Source: Burkholderiales bacterium (lineage in GTDB: Bacteria; Pseudomonadota; Gammaproteobacteria; Burkholderiales; Burkholderiaceae_E). From it: a stretch of 56,765 bases of DNA. Shown here one piece after another: positions 39,155 to 47,615 of the stretch. The stretch spans positions 1-56,765 of the forward strand of contig CANHUQ010000001.1 in the NCBI GenBank assembly GCA_947463885.1, given 5' to 3'. The notes beneath the pieces are model-generated. The model was not told the DNA's origin. It ran no database searches and saw nothing but the letters and a program-made list of their open reading frames with translations. The first letter of the stretch is position 1; each line of letters begins with the position of its first letter. The position numbers were made by a program, and so were the translations under genes.

Positions 39155-40066
39155 TCAGACCGCGTTGAGCGTGGCGCCCAGCACCCGGATACCGCTGTGC
39201 CCCAGGATCGTGGTGAGTTGCGTGATGTCGCTGCTGCGGGTGCGGCCGGCACGCCCGACAACGATGGCGGCGCCCGCGCGCTGTGCAATCACCTGCGCAT
39301 CGGACGACTGCTGGGCTGAAGGCGTATCGATCAGGATCGCATCGAAGCGGCGCGACAATTCATCGAGCAGCCTGGGGAAGTCGCCCCGCCCCAGCAACTC
39401 CTGCGGATTGGGCGGCAGCGGCCCGGAGGGCAAGAGCGACAGTCCGTCCAGACCCGGCACCGGTGCGATCTCATCCAGGCCGGCGCGACGGCTGAGCACG
39501 CCCGCAAGGCCCATGCGATTGGGCAGTCCGAAGAGTTGATGCTGAACCGGCTGACGCAAATCGGCATCGATGATCAGCGTGTTCTCGCCCAGATGCGCAA
39601 ACACCACGCCCAGATTGGCGGTAGTGAAGCTCTTGCCGTCACCGCGATCGACACTGGTGATCGCAAGCGCCGCCTGACCAGGCGTGCCATCAAACCAGCG
39701 CAGACGCAGTTGGCTGCGCAGCGCGCGCAAGGCTTCGGCATACGGCGACGCCGGTTGGCAGGCAGCGGCCAGTCGAGCCGACAAGGTGCGGCGCAACGGA
39801 TCCGGTGTGGCATAGCCGAATTGCAGCGCCAGTGCATCGTCGATATCACTGGACACCACAAAGCCCAGGCGCGTGGCCACCTCACCGAAGCGGTGTCCCC
39901 CGCGCGCCTGCTCGGCAAGAACGCTCGCCAACTGGGCGGTACTCAGTCGCCCTCGCGCATTCAGAATCTGGCCAATGCGCATATCGGCGCTGGCTTTGGT
40001 GTGCTCGCTGATGCGCGTGACCTGCGCACCGCGACCCAGTGGCTGAACGACTCCGGTCGATGTCAT
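39155..40066 (-). CDS. BY-kinase-family P-loop ATPase (EpsG-like chain-length regulator component) with N-terminal MshEN-like motif pair
   Basis: Walker A SVDRGDGKS, A' LIIDADLRQP, B DAILIDTPS. ATG 40066 is preceded by AGGAG. There is no Tyr in the C-terminal tail. Confidence 0.8.
   Translation of the reverse strand: MTSTGVVQPLGRGAQVTRISEHTKASADMRIGQILNARGRLSTAQLASVLAEQARGGHRFGEVATRLGFVVSSDIDDALALQFGYATPDPLRRTLSARLAAACQPASPYAEALRALRSQLRLRWFDGTPGQAALAITSVDRGDGKSFTTANLGVVFAHLGENTLIIDADLRQPVQHQLFGLPNRMGLAGVLSRRAGLDEIAPVPGLDGLSLLPSGPLPPNPQELLGRGDFPRLLDELSRRFDAILIDTPSAQQSSDAQVIAQRAGAAIVVGRAGRTRSSDITQLTTILGHSGIRVLGATLNAV
39821..39979 (-). other. tandem 24-residue MshEN-like (c-di-GMP binding type) motifs with 5-residue spacer
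   Basis: RIGQILNARGRLSTAQLASVLAEQ / ARGGH / RFGEVATRLGFVVSSDIDDALALQ, compared with the consensus RLGxx(LVI)(LVI)xxG(LVI)(LVI)xxxxLxxxLxxQ. Confidence 0.55.
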
Positions 40067-40160
40067 AACGGCTCCTGCGGGTGCTCGGTGAAAAGTGGCG
40101 TCATCGGACGCAATCGGGGCGGCAAGGCGCAACGCCTGGCGCAGCGTGATACGCCCGGGA

Positions 40161-41585
40161 TCAGGGACCCAGTTGCAAATTCGGCGCAGGCAAACCCGGC
40201 GCGGCATTACCGATCAGGCGCTGCGGACGCCGCGAGTCGGCGCGTGGCAGCACCGCCAGCACCGGCACCTGGCCGGCTTCCTGCAAATCCTGTGCGGTAC
40301 GCACGGGCCGGTTCATGGATTCAAGCGTCAGCGCAGCGAGCACCGCCAACAGCGTCCCGAACGCTGCACCGGCCAGCGTATTGATCGCCAGCTTGGGGCG
40401 GAACGGTTCGACCGGCACCGACGCCGGCGTGAGCACGGCGATGTTGGAAGGCCGCGCCTGGCTCTCCAGGCTGGTCTCGGTGAACCGCTGGGACACCAGA
40501 TCGAGCGCCCGCTGCGCGCCCTGCACTTCGCGCTCCAGCACCTGCAACTGGTCGCGCGAGGCCTTGAGTCCAGCCACCCGGTCGCGTTGGGCATCGAGCA
40601 GCGTGCGCAACTCGGTTTCGCGGCGCAGATTGATCTGATTGCCGGCCACGATGCTGCCGCCTACTCGCGCGGTCTCGGTCTGCAAGCGCGCACGCAACTG
40701 ATCGACCTCGGCCTGCACGGACTGATGCTCGGGATGCGCCGGGCCGAGCCGCGTCGAGAGTTGCTGGAGGCGGGCTTCAGCCCGCCCCAGGTCACCCGAG
40801 AGCGTCTGCAGCAAGGGGTTGCTCACCACCTCGGGCATGGAAGCACTGCTGCGCTGCGCGGTGTCGGCCCGCGAGCGGCTATCGGCCAGGGCCGCCTGCA
40901 CGGTCACCAACTGATTGGTGAGATCAACGAGCCGCACGTTTTCGACGTCCAGTCGCTCGTCACTCACCAGAATGCCACTGGCGCGCTGCGCCGCAGACAG
41001 CCTGCGCTGAGCAGCGTCGAGCCGATCGCGATAGGTGCGGGTCTGCGACTCGAACCAAGTGCGAAAGCCGGTAGCCGGCCCGGTCTTGAGCTCCATCGCG
41101 GTGTCGATGTAAGCCCGTGCAAAGGCGTTCACGACCGCAGCGGTCAGCTCCGGATCAGGGCCTTCATAGGCCACGACCAGCGTCGTGCCTTCACGCGAAG
41201 CATCGACCGTGAGGCGACGCTCGAAGTGGCGCAGGATGCGGCTGCGCGCTGAGCCGAGCGCCTGCCCGGCATCGGCCGTGGCGACGGCAAGCATGGTCGC
41301 GCTGCTGTCGAGCGAGAGTGCATCGATCACCCGATTCATCACGCGCTCGCTGCGGATGATTTCCGACTGCGTGACCAGATGCCCCTGAACGGTCTGAGCC
41401 ATGGCAGCCGCACCACCCAGCACCGGATCGGTGTTGCGCACCTCCACCACCAGCGTGGTCGAGGCCTGATACTTCGGTGTGATCACCAGACTCACGCCGA
41501 TGCTGGCCGCGATCGCCGCTGCGATGATCAGCAGGATGATTCCGAAGCGCGCCTTCAGAATGCGCAGAAACTGTTCGACGACCAT
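40161..41585 (-). CDS. polysaccharide chain-length determinant (Wzz/PCP, EpsF-like)
   Basis: MVVEQFLRILKARFGIILLIIAAAIAASIGVSLVITPKYQASTTLVVE (Wzz N-terminal TM plus motif), a long coiled-coil periplasmic region, and a C-terminal TM. GAGG RBS. Confidence 0.85.
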   Translation of the reverse strand: MVVEQFLRILKARFGIILLIIAAAIAASIGVSLVITPKYQASTTLVVEVRNTDPVLGGAAAMAQTVQGHLVTQSEIIRSERVMNRVIDALSLDSSATMLAVATADAGQALGSARSRILRHFERRLTVDASREGTTLVVAYEGPDPELTAAVVNAFARAYIDTAMELKTGPATGFRTWFESQTRTYRDRLDAAQRRLSAAQRASGILVSDERLDVENVRLVDLTNQLVTVQAALADSRSRADTAQRSSASMPEVVSNPLLQTLSGDLGRAEARLQQLSTRLGPAHPEHQSVQAEVDQLRARLQTETARVGGSIVAGNQINLRRETELRTLLDAQRDRVAGLKASRDQLQVLEREVQGAQRALDLVSQRFTETSLESQARPSNIAVLTPASVPVEPFRPKLAINTLAGAAFGTLLAVLAALTLESMNRPVRTAQDLQEAGQVPVLAVLPRADSRRPQRLIGNAAPGLPAPNLQLGP

Positions 41586-41806
41586 GGGCTGACCTCGTCT
41601 GCACCGGGCCGACGATCCGGCCCGTGGCGCCGGGCCTCGTGAGGGCTTGGCGGCGCGAAGTCATCATGCACAGGGTTTGTGGTGCGCAGCGTGCGCCACG
41701 TATGAGTGCACGCCGCAGTGCCGCGTCAGAGCACAGCGCGTGCGCTCGAGCTTCAGAACTCAGGCAGGTCCACTGTGTGACTCAGCGGCGAATCAGCAGC
41801 AGCTCC

Positions 41807-41869
41807 GTCGCATGTCGCATGTCGCATGTCGCATGTCGCATGTCGCATGTCGCATGTCGCATGTCGCAC
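41807..41869. repeat. heptanucleotide microsatellite (GTCGCAT)8 + GTCGCAC
   Basis: Perfect 8-copy array confirmed by the periodic MSHVACR translation in two ORF-track entries. It lies between the rfbD stop (41884) and the Wzz start (41585). Confidence 0.95.
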
Positions 41870-41883
41870 ATGTCACACGCCGA

Positions 41884-42789
41884 TCAGCTGCGCGTGGGCA
41901 GACCTTCCGTCCAGGTGTCGAGCAGACATGCAATACCGTGTTCCCACGCAGGGGGCGTGAGGCCGAAGCGCTGACTCAGCGCATCGGTCGCCAGACGCGA
42001 ATTGGCCGGGCGGCGCGCGCGCGTGGGGTACTCCGAGGCGGGGATACCTTGCACGGTTTGCACCCTCAGAGGCCAGCCGCGCTGCCGCGCCCCCTCGATC
42101 ACCGCACTGGCCAAGCCGTGCCACGAGGTACTGCCGCCTGCCACGAGGTGGTAGATGCCCGACTCAATGCGGCCTTCGGCGGCTTCACGCGTGCAGCAGG
42201 CCACGGCATGGGCGGTCATGTCGGCGATCAGCCGTGCTGAAGTCGGGGCGCCCACCTGATCGGCCACCACCTTGAGCGCTTCGCGCTCGCCCGCCAGACG
42301 CAGCATGGTGCGCGGAAAGTTTGCGCCACGATCGGCATAGACCCAGCTGGTGCGAAACACCAGCCAGCGCCCGCCCGCTGCAGCCACCGCCTGCTCGCCC
42401 GCGAGCTTGGTGCGGCCATAGGCGTTGATGGGTGCGGTGAGATCGGCTTCGCGATACGGGCGATCGAGCGTGCCGTCGAACACATAGTCGGTGGAGTAAT
42501 GCACCATCAGGGCATCGAGTGCCGCCGCTTCCTGGGCCAACACGCCCGGGGATTCGCCATTGATGCGCAGGGCCAGGGCTTCTTCGTCCTCGGCCCGGTC
42601 CACTGCGGTATAAGCCGCAGCATTGAGGATCACATCGGGGCGCAGCTTGCGCACCAGCGCACGCAGCGCTTGAGGATCAGCCAGATCGGCGCCGGTGCGA
42701 TCAAGCGCAATCACCTCGCCCAAGGGCTGCATGGAGCGTGTGAGCTCCCAGCCAACCTGCCCGCGGGATCCGGTGATCAGGATCTTCAT
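41884..42789 (-). CDS. rfbD: dTDP-4-dehydrorhamnose reductase
   Basis: MKILITGSRGQVGWEL..., 301 aa, RmlD family. Overlaps the rfbC stop (ATGA). Confidence 0.9.
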   Translation of the reverse strand: MKILITGSRGQVGWELTRSMQPLGEVIALDRTGADLADPQALRALVRKLRPDVILNAAAYTAVDRAEDEEALALRINGESPGVLAQEAAALDALMVHYSTDYVFDGTLDRPYREADLTAPINAYGRTKLAGEQAVAAAGGRWLVFRTSWVYADRGANFPRTMLRLAGEREALKVVADQVGAPTSARLIADMTAHAVACCTREAAEGRIESGIYHLVAGGSTSWHGLASAVIEGARQRGWPLRVQTVQGIPASEYPTRARRPANSRLATDALSQRFGLTPPAWEHGIACLLDTWTEGLPTRS

Positions 42790-43334
42790 GCGAACACCTC
42801 GGCTTGGGCGAGCGAAACACCCGCCTGGTCCTTGGCCGAGAGCTTAGGCTCGATGCCAACCAGCGGCCAGTCGATGCCTACCGCGGGATCATTCCAGGCG
42901 ATGCAGCGTTCGTGTTCTGGCGCGTAATAGTCCGTGGTCTTGTAGAGAAAATCGGCCGACTCGCTGAGCACGATGAAACCATGTGCAAAGCCTGCAGGCA
43001 CCCAGAACTGGCGGCGGTTGGACTCGGAGAGGATCACCCCGTGCCAGCGCCCGAAAGTGGGCGAGCTGCGTCGAGCATCGACCGCCACATCGAAGACTTC
43101 GCCCTGCACCACCCGCACGAGCTTGCCCTGCGGCTGGCGCAGCTGATAGTGCAAGCCTCGCAGCACACCACGCCCGCTGCGCGAGTGGTTGTCCTGCACG
43201 AACGAATCCTGCACGCCGGTGAGCTCACGAAATGCGCGCTGATTCCAGCTTTCCATGAAAAAGCCGCGATCGTCTCCGAAGACACGCGGCTCAATCACCA
43301 GCAGCCCCTCGATGGGTGTAGCGACCACATTCAT
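42786..43334 (-). CDS. rfbC: dTDP-4-dehydrorhamnose 3,5-epimerase
   Basis: ATG 43334: MNVVATPIEGLLVIEPRVFGDDRGFFMESWN...GVLRGLHYQ, RmlC cupin. Confidence 0.9.
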   Translation of the reverse strand: MNVVATPIEGLLVIEPRVFGDDRGFFMESWNQRAFRELTGVQDSFVQDNHSRSGRGVLRGLHYQLRQPQGKLVRVVQGEVFDVAVDARRSSPTFGRWHGVILSESNRRQFWVPAGFAHGFIVLSESADFLYKTTDYYAPEHERCIAWNDPAVGIDWPLVGIEPKLSAKDQAGVSLAQAEVFA

Positions 43335-43362
43335 CTCGACAACCTCCGCGCTCGGGTGTGAA

Positions 43363-44259
43363 TCAGAAAATCCGTTCGTGCGGCAGGCGCGCGAGATATT
43401 GGCCGTAGCTGCTCTTGCCGAGCTCGCGCGCCAGCACGCCCAATTGTGTGTCGTCGATCCAACCCTTACGCCAGGCGATTTCCTCGGGGCTGCCAATGCG
43501 CAGCCCCTGCCGGCGCTCCACCGTCTGGATGAAGAGGCCCGCCTCAATCAGCGACTCATGCGTGCCCGTGTCGAGCCAGGCATGGCCGCGGCCCAGCACG
43601 TGCACATCGAGCGTGCCTCGCTCCAAATAGACGCGGTTCAGATCGGTGATCTCGAGCTCGCCGCGCGCAGAAGGCTTGAGCGCACGTGCGATCGACACCA
43701 CATCGCGGTCGTAGAAGTACAGACCAGTCACTGCATAGCGGCTCTTGGGTTGGGCCGGTTTTTCTTCCAGGCTGATGGCGCGGCCCTGCGCATCGAACTC
43801 GACCACACCATAGCGCTCGGGGTCGTTCACCGGATAGGCAAAGACCGTGGCGCCATCGGTGCGTGCGGTCGCGGCCTCCAGATCACGGCCCAGTTCCTGG
43901 CCATGAAAGAGGTTGTCGCCCAGCACCAGCGCCGAGGGTGAGTCGCCCACGAAGTCGGCGCCGATGGTGAAGGCCTGCGCCAGCCCGTCGGGGCTGGGTT
44001 GTACGGCGAACTGGAAATTTACGCCCCATTTGCGGCCGTCGCCCAGCAGCTGCTCAAAGCGCGGCGTGTCCTGCGGCGTGGAGATGATGAGAATGTCCCG
44101 AATGCCCGCCAGCATCAGCGTGGAGATCGGGTAATAGATCATCGGCTTGTCGTACACCGGCATCAGCTGCTTGGACACGGCGAGCGTGCACGGATGCAGC
44201 CGGGTGCCCGAGCCCCCCGCCAGGACGATGCCCTTGCGGGCTGCTAGAGAAACGGTCAT
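43363..44259 (-). CDS. rfbA: glucose-1-phosphate thymidylyltransferase
   Basis: [36 protein letters not shown], RmlA. Confidence 0.95.
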   Translation of the reverse strand: MTVSLAARKGIVLAGGSGTRLHPCTLAVSKQLMPVYDKPMIYYPISTLMLAGIRDILIISTPQDTPRFEQLLGDGRKWGVNFQFAVQPSPDGLAQAFTIGADFVGDSPSALVLGDNLFHGQELGRDLEAATARTDGATVFAYPVNDPERYGVVEFDAQGRAISLEEKPAQPKSRYAVTGLYFYDRDVVSIARALKPSARGELEITDLNRVYLERGTLDVHVLGRGHAWLDTGTHESLIEAGLFIQTVERRQGLRIGSPEEIAWRKGWIDDTQLGVLARELGKSSYGQYLARLPHERIF

Positions 44260-45326
44260 GCCTGGCCCTCGCGATCGGCGTAGTTGTTGCGCACCCAGTC
44301 CTGGTAACGGCCCGAGGTGACACCCTCGACCCAGGCCGCATGGTCCAGATACCAGCGCACCGTGCGGCGAATACCGGTCTCGAAGGTCTCGGCCGGCCGC
44401 CAGCCGAGTTCGTCGGCCACCTTGCGGGCGTCGATCGCATAGCGGCGGTCGTGGCCCGGACGGTCCTTCACGAAGGTGATCAGCCGCTCACGCGGGCCGG
44501 CCGGATCGGGGCGCATTTCGTCGAGCAGCCGGCAAATGCCGCGCACGATATCGATGTTGGTCTTTTCGTTCCAGCCGCCGATGTTGTAAGTCTCGCCCAG
44601 CCGACCAGCTTCGAGCACACGGCGAATGGCGGTGCAGTGGTCGCCCACATAGAGCCAGTCGCGCACGTTCAGGCCATCGCCATACACCGGCAGCGGTTCA
44701 CCGCGCAGGGCGCGCGTGATCACCAGCGGGATCAGCTTTTCGGGGAACTGATAGGGCCCGTAGTTGTTCGAGCAATTGGTGGTCAGTACCGGCAAGCCGT
44801 AGGTGTGATGCCAGGCCCGCACCAGATGGTCGGACGCCGCCTTCGAGGCACTGTAGGGGCTGTTCGGCTCGTAGGGATGCGTCTCGGTGAACGCGGGCGC
44901 CGTCGCGTCGAGTGAACCGTAGACCTCGTCGGTGGACACATGCAGGAACCGAAAGGCGTCGCGCTCGGCACCCTGCAGGCCCGACCAGTACTGGCGTGCA
45001 GCCTCCAGCAGCACGAAGGTGCCGTGGATATTGGTGCGCAGGAAAGCCTCCGGCCCGAGGATCGATCGATCGACATGGCTCTCGGCGGCAAAGTGCACGA
45101 TGGCGCGCGGCCGGTGCGTAGCGAGCAGCCCGTCGACGCAGGCCCGGTCGGTGATGTCACCGCGCACGAACACATGTCGGGCGTCGCCCTGCAGGGAGGT
45201 GAGGTTTTCGAGGTTGCCGGCGTAGGTCAGCGCATCGAGGTTGACCACCGGCTCGTTGTGGGCGGCCAGCCAGTCGAGTACAAAATTGGCGCCGATGAAC
45301 CCGGCGCCGCCAGTCACAAGAATCAC
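44256..45326 (-). CDS. rfbB: dTDP-glucose 4,6-dehydratase
   Basis: [39 protein letters not shown], RmlB. Confidence 0.95.
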   Translation of the reverse strand: MILVTGGAGFIGANFVLDWLAAHNEPVVNLDALTYAGNLENLTSLQGDARHVFVRGDITDRACVDGLLATHRPRAIVHFAAESHVDRSILGPEAFLRTNIHGTFVLLEAARQYWSGLQGAERDAFRFLHVSTDEVYGSLDATAPAFTETHPYEPNSPYSASKAASDHLVRAWHHTYGLPVLTTNCSNNYGPYQFPEKLIPLVITRALRGEPLPVYGDGLNVRDWLYVGDHCTAIRRVLEAGRLGETYNIGGWNEKTNIDIVRGICRLLDEMRPDPAGPRERLITFVKDRPGHDRRYAIDARKVADELGWRPAETFETGIRRTVRWYLDHAAWVEGVTSGRYQDWVRNNYADREGQA

Positions 45327-45405
45327 GTGCGTTGTCCTTCGAGGAGGTTCATGAGGCCGCCGAACCGGTGCTCAGGCAGCCCTGAAGTATAACGAGGGGG
45401 GTGCA

Positions 45406-46155
45406 TCAGGGCTCGGCTCGACGCCTGCGCGCCCGCCAGGTGGCGAGCCCCCACATGACAGCAGCGGCCAGCGCCAGCGCATACCACTGGGCGGCATAGG
45501 CGCGGTGCTTGTCTGCGCCCTGCCCAGGCTGGACCCACGCTCGCACCAGCCCGTCATCGAGCTCCGAGGTCTGCCGGACGATCACCGGTTGCATCGACCA
45601 GCCCGAAAACTGTGCATACGCGGGCACCGTGACGCGCTGCCACAGGCGTGCGCCAGCCGTGGGCGGGCCGGCCTCGCCCTGCAGCAAGATGGGCTGCGCC
45701 AATTCGCTCATGCCGAGCCCATCGATCCGCACCACCCCATCGGGCGTGCGCAAGGCCGGCAGCCGATTGCGGTCTGCCCGATCAGCGGCGATCCAGCCTC
45801 GCAACACCAGGACGTGCTGCCCGCGCGGATCATCGCGCTCGGCAGGCAGCAGGCGCATGGGCGTGAGCACATGAAAGCCCGCCACACCCTGGTGGGTGCG
45901 GTTGTCCAGAAAAATCGAGGCATCGCCCAACAAATACCCCTGGACCCAGACCTGACGGCCATCGAGTGCGCCCTCGCGCATCGGCTCCTGGGCCACAGGC
46001 TGCGGCGGCTGGGCCAGCGCGGCATCGCGTTCGGCCTGCGCGCGCTGCTTTTCATCGGCGCGCCGCAACTGCCAGTTGCCAAGCGACACCGCGGTGAGGA
46101 CCACCGCCAGGGCCGCCAGACCGGCGATGACCGCGCGCACGGTGGCACGCGTCAT
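45406..46155 (-). CDS. SURF1 family cytochrome oxidase biogenesis protein
   Basis: N-terminal TM then LGNWQLRRADEKQ, and a C-terminal TM with YAAQWYALA. Confidence 0.85.
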   Translation of the reverse strand: MTRATVRAVIAGLAALAVVLTAVSLGNWQLRRADEKQRAQAERDAALAQPPQPVAQEPMREGALDGRQVWVQGYLLGDASIFLDNRTHQGVAGFHVLTPMRLLPAERDDPRGQHVLVLRGWIAADRADRNRLPALRTPDGVVRIDGLGMSELAQPILLQGEAGPPTAGARLWQRVTVPAYAQFSGWSMQPVIVRQTSELDDGLVRAWVQPGQGADKHRAYAAQWYALALAAAVMWGLATWRARRRRAEP

Positions 46156-46260
46156 GATGCGGCCCGCTTCGCGCAGCAGGGGATGACCTGCTTCGCCTGG
46201 GCTGGGTCGGTGCGTTGCGTGCGGCCAAGGCCGCTGCGGGCGCGTGCGATACTCGAAACG

Positions 46261-46473
46261 ATGAAAATCATCATTGTCATGGCGTTCGTGGGCATCATCG
46301 GCAGCTTGTTGTCTGCGCTGTTCTTCATGATGCGCGACAAGGGGCGCACACGTAATACCGTGCGTGCCCTGAGCATACGCGTCGGGCTGTCAGTGGCGCT
46401 GTTCCTGTTCCTGATGGTCTCGTATTACATGGGCTGGATCGAAAGCCGTGGCGTGCCGATCGGCGCACCCTGA
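46261..46473 (+). CDS. twin transmembrane helix small protein (DUF2909), 70 aa
   Basis: MKIIIVMAFVGIIGSLLSALFFMMRDKGRTRNTVRALSIRVGLSVALFLFLMVSYYM. Internal ATG of the 45505..46473 track ORF. Conserved opposite-strand position next to SURF1. Confidence 0.75.
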   Translation: MKIIIVMAFVGIIGSLLSALFFMMRDKGRTRNTVRALSIRVGLSVALFLFLMVSYYMGWIESRGVPIGAP

Positions 46474-47504
46474 GCCGTCACGAGATCCTCCGCCCGAACT
46501 GGCCATTGACCCACCGGGCGCAACGCCTGCAAAGGCGCCTGCGAAGGCGCAACCCCCACCCATTCCAGCGCCAACTGCCTGGCGGCATCCTCGGGTTGCA
46601 GTGCGAACTTGCGCGCAAAGAAGCGCCCTCCAGCCTCCAGCGCAGGCATATCGGCCAAGGTCAATACACGCGGATGCCCCTGCCCGTCGAATCGGCTGAT
46701 CGCATGGTTCGATGTCCCGATCCGCAATCCGGTTTGTGCAATCAAGGTCGCCAGCAGCGTTTCATCGACCAGGTGCAGATGCTTGAATCCGCTGGACCAC
46801 GGCTCTTCTTCACTCATCTGCAGCATGCGTTCACAGGCATGACGATGCGCCCCGAACCAGGTACTGCCGATGCGGGGTCGCAGGGCAGGCCCGAACGGAT
46901 GGGCGCCGAATGCGCCGTGCGCAGCCAGTCGCGTAAGCGCCAGCCCGGCATAGCCGCCCAAGGCGGTCGGGGTGATTGCCGGGCGCGGCATGCGCCGGTG
47001 CAGCGATAAGGAGTGGTACTGCACCAGCGGTGGGCGCGCACCGAAGTACCAACCGCGCATGCGCCGCAATAGACGAAACCGCAAGGTGCTACCCGGCAGG
47101 TAGGTCCGGTAGCCAAAGGTCATGAAGGTATCGTTATCGCACTCGACCGGTATCAGATCAGCGTGGATATCGACCCGCTCCTGGAGGATATGGGCCCGAA
47201 AGTCGGCAATCGGGCGGATGGGCAGACACGACGGGCTCAGCAGCTGGAAGTAATCGAAGTCATGGACTTCAGCCGCATGTCGCACGGTACGCAGGATGGC
47301 CCGCGTAAAGCCCCAGTTGCCCCAGCCGGTGGCGCTGGCATGGGGAACGTTAGACAGGTTGGGGCGCTCGAGTTTGAGCTGCGAGGCGCGGGCGGCATCC
47401 AGGTGCAGCACCACGCGCAGGGGCGCAAGCGCATCAACCAGCTGCGCCACGGCCGCCGGAGGCTCATGTGAGGCCATGAGCCCGAACACAATCCGCATGC
47501 CCAT
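46425..47504 (-). CDS. GT14-like (Core-2/I-branching 'Branch' domain) glycosyltransferase-like protein
   Basis: MRIVFGLMASHEPPAAVAQLVDAL...VVLHLDA...NV...ATGWGNWGFTRAILRTVRHAAEVHDFDYFQLLSPSCLPIRP follows the Branch-domain pattern. GAGGG RBS 5 nt upstream of ATG 47504. Confidence 0.55.
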   Translation of the reverse strand: MGMRIVFGLMASHEPPAAVAQLVDALAPLRVVLHLDAARASQLKLERPNLSNVPHASATGWGNWGFTRAILRTVRHAAEVHDFDYFQLLSPSCLPIRPIADFRAHILQERVDIHADLIPVECDNDTFMTFGYRTYLPGSTLRFRLLRRMRGWYFGARPPLVQYHSLSLHRRMPRPAITPTALGGYAGLALTRLAAHGAFGAHPFGPALRPRIGSTWFGAHRHACERMLQMSEEEPWSSGFKHLHLVDETLLATLIAQTGLRIGTSNHAISRFDGQGHPRVLTLADMPALEAGGRFFARKFALQPEDAARQLALEWVGVAPSQAPLQALRPVGQWPVRAEDLVTAQGAPIGTPRLSIQPM

Positions 47505-47615
47505 GAGACCCTCGCCTGAGTTTGCTCAGGTGCCATCGTGGCCGGGTCAGCGCGGTCCTGTGATGAGCGTAGTCAAGTTGGGCCGACCGCGCAGATGCTC
47601 AGCACCCGTACATCC

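Noticed and set aside
41624-42240. Two plus-strand ORFs containing MSHVACRMSHVACR... periodic peptide.
   Set aside because: The periodicity is just the (GTCGCAT)n microsatellite read in frame (7 nt x 3 = 21 nt = 7 aa). The remainder overlaps rfbD antisense. They are not credible genes.
26035-45405. Calling the EPS island a mobile genomic island, ICE or prophage.
   Set aside because: No integrase, transposase, conjugation or phage genes, no flanking tRNA, and no terminal direct or inverted repeats that I could see at either junction. I have no obvious compositional break by eye. Only the synteny argument supports an insertion, so it is reported as a finding and not as a mobile_element feature.
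47515-47530. Hairpin CCTGAG-tttg-CTCAGG between ctaE and the GT14-like gene, considered as a terminator.
   Set aside because: A 6-bp stem with no U-tract on the transcribed strand, sitting about 10 nt upstream of the RBS of the next gene. This is insufficient for a terminator call.
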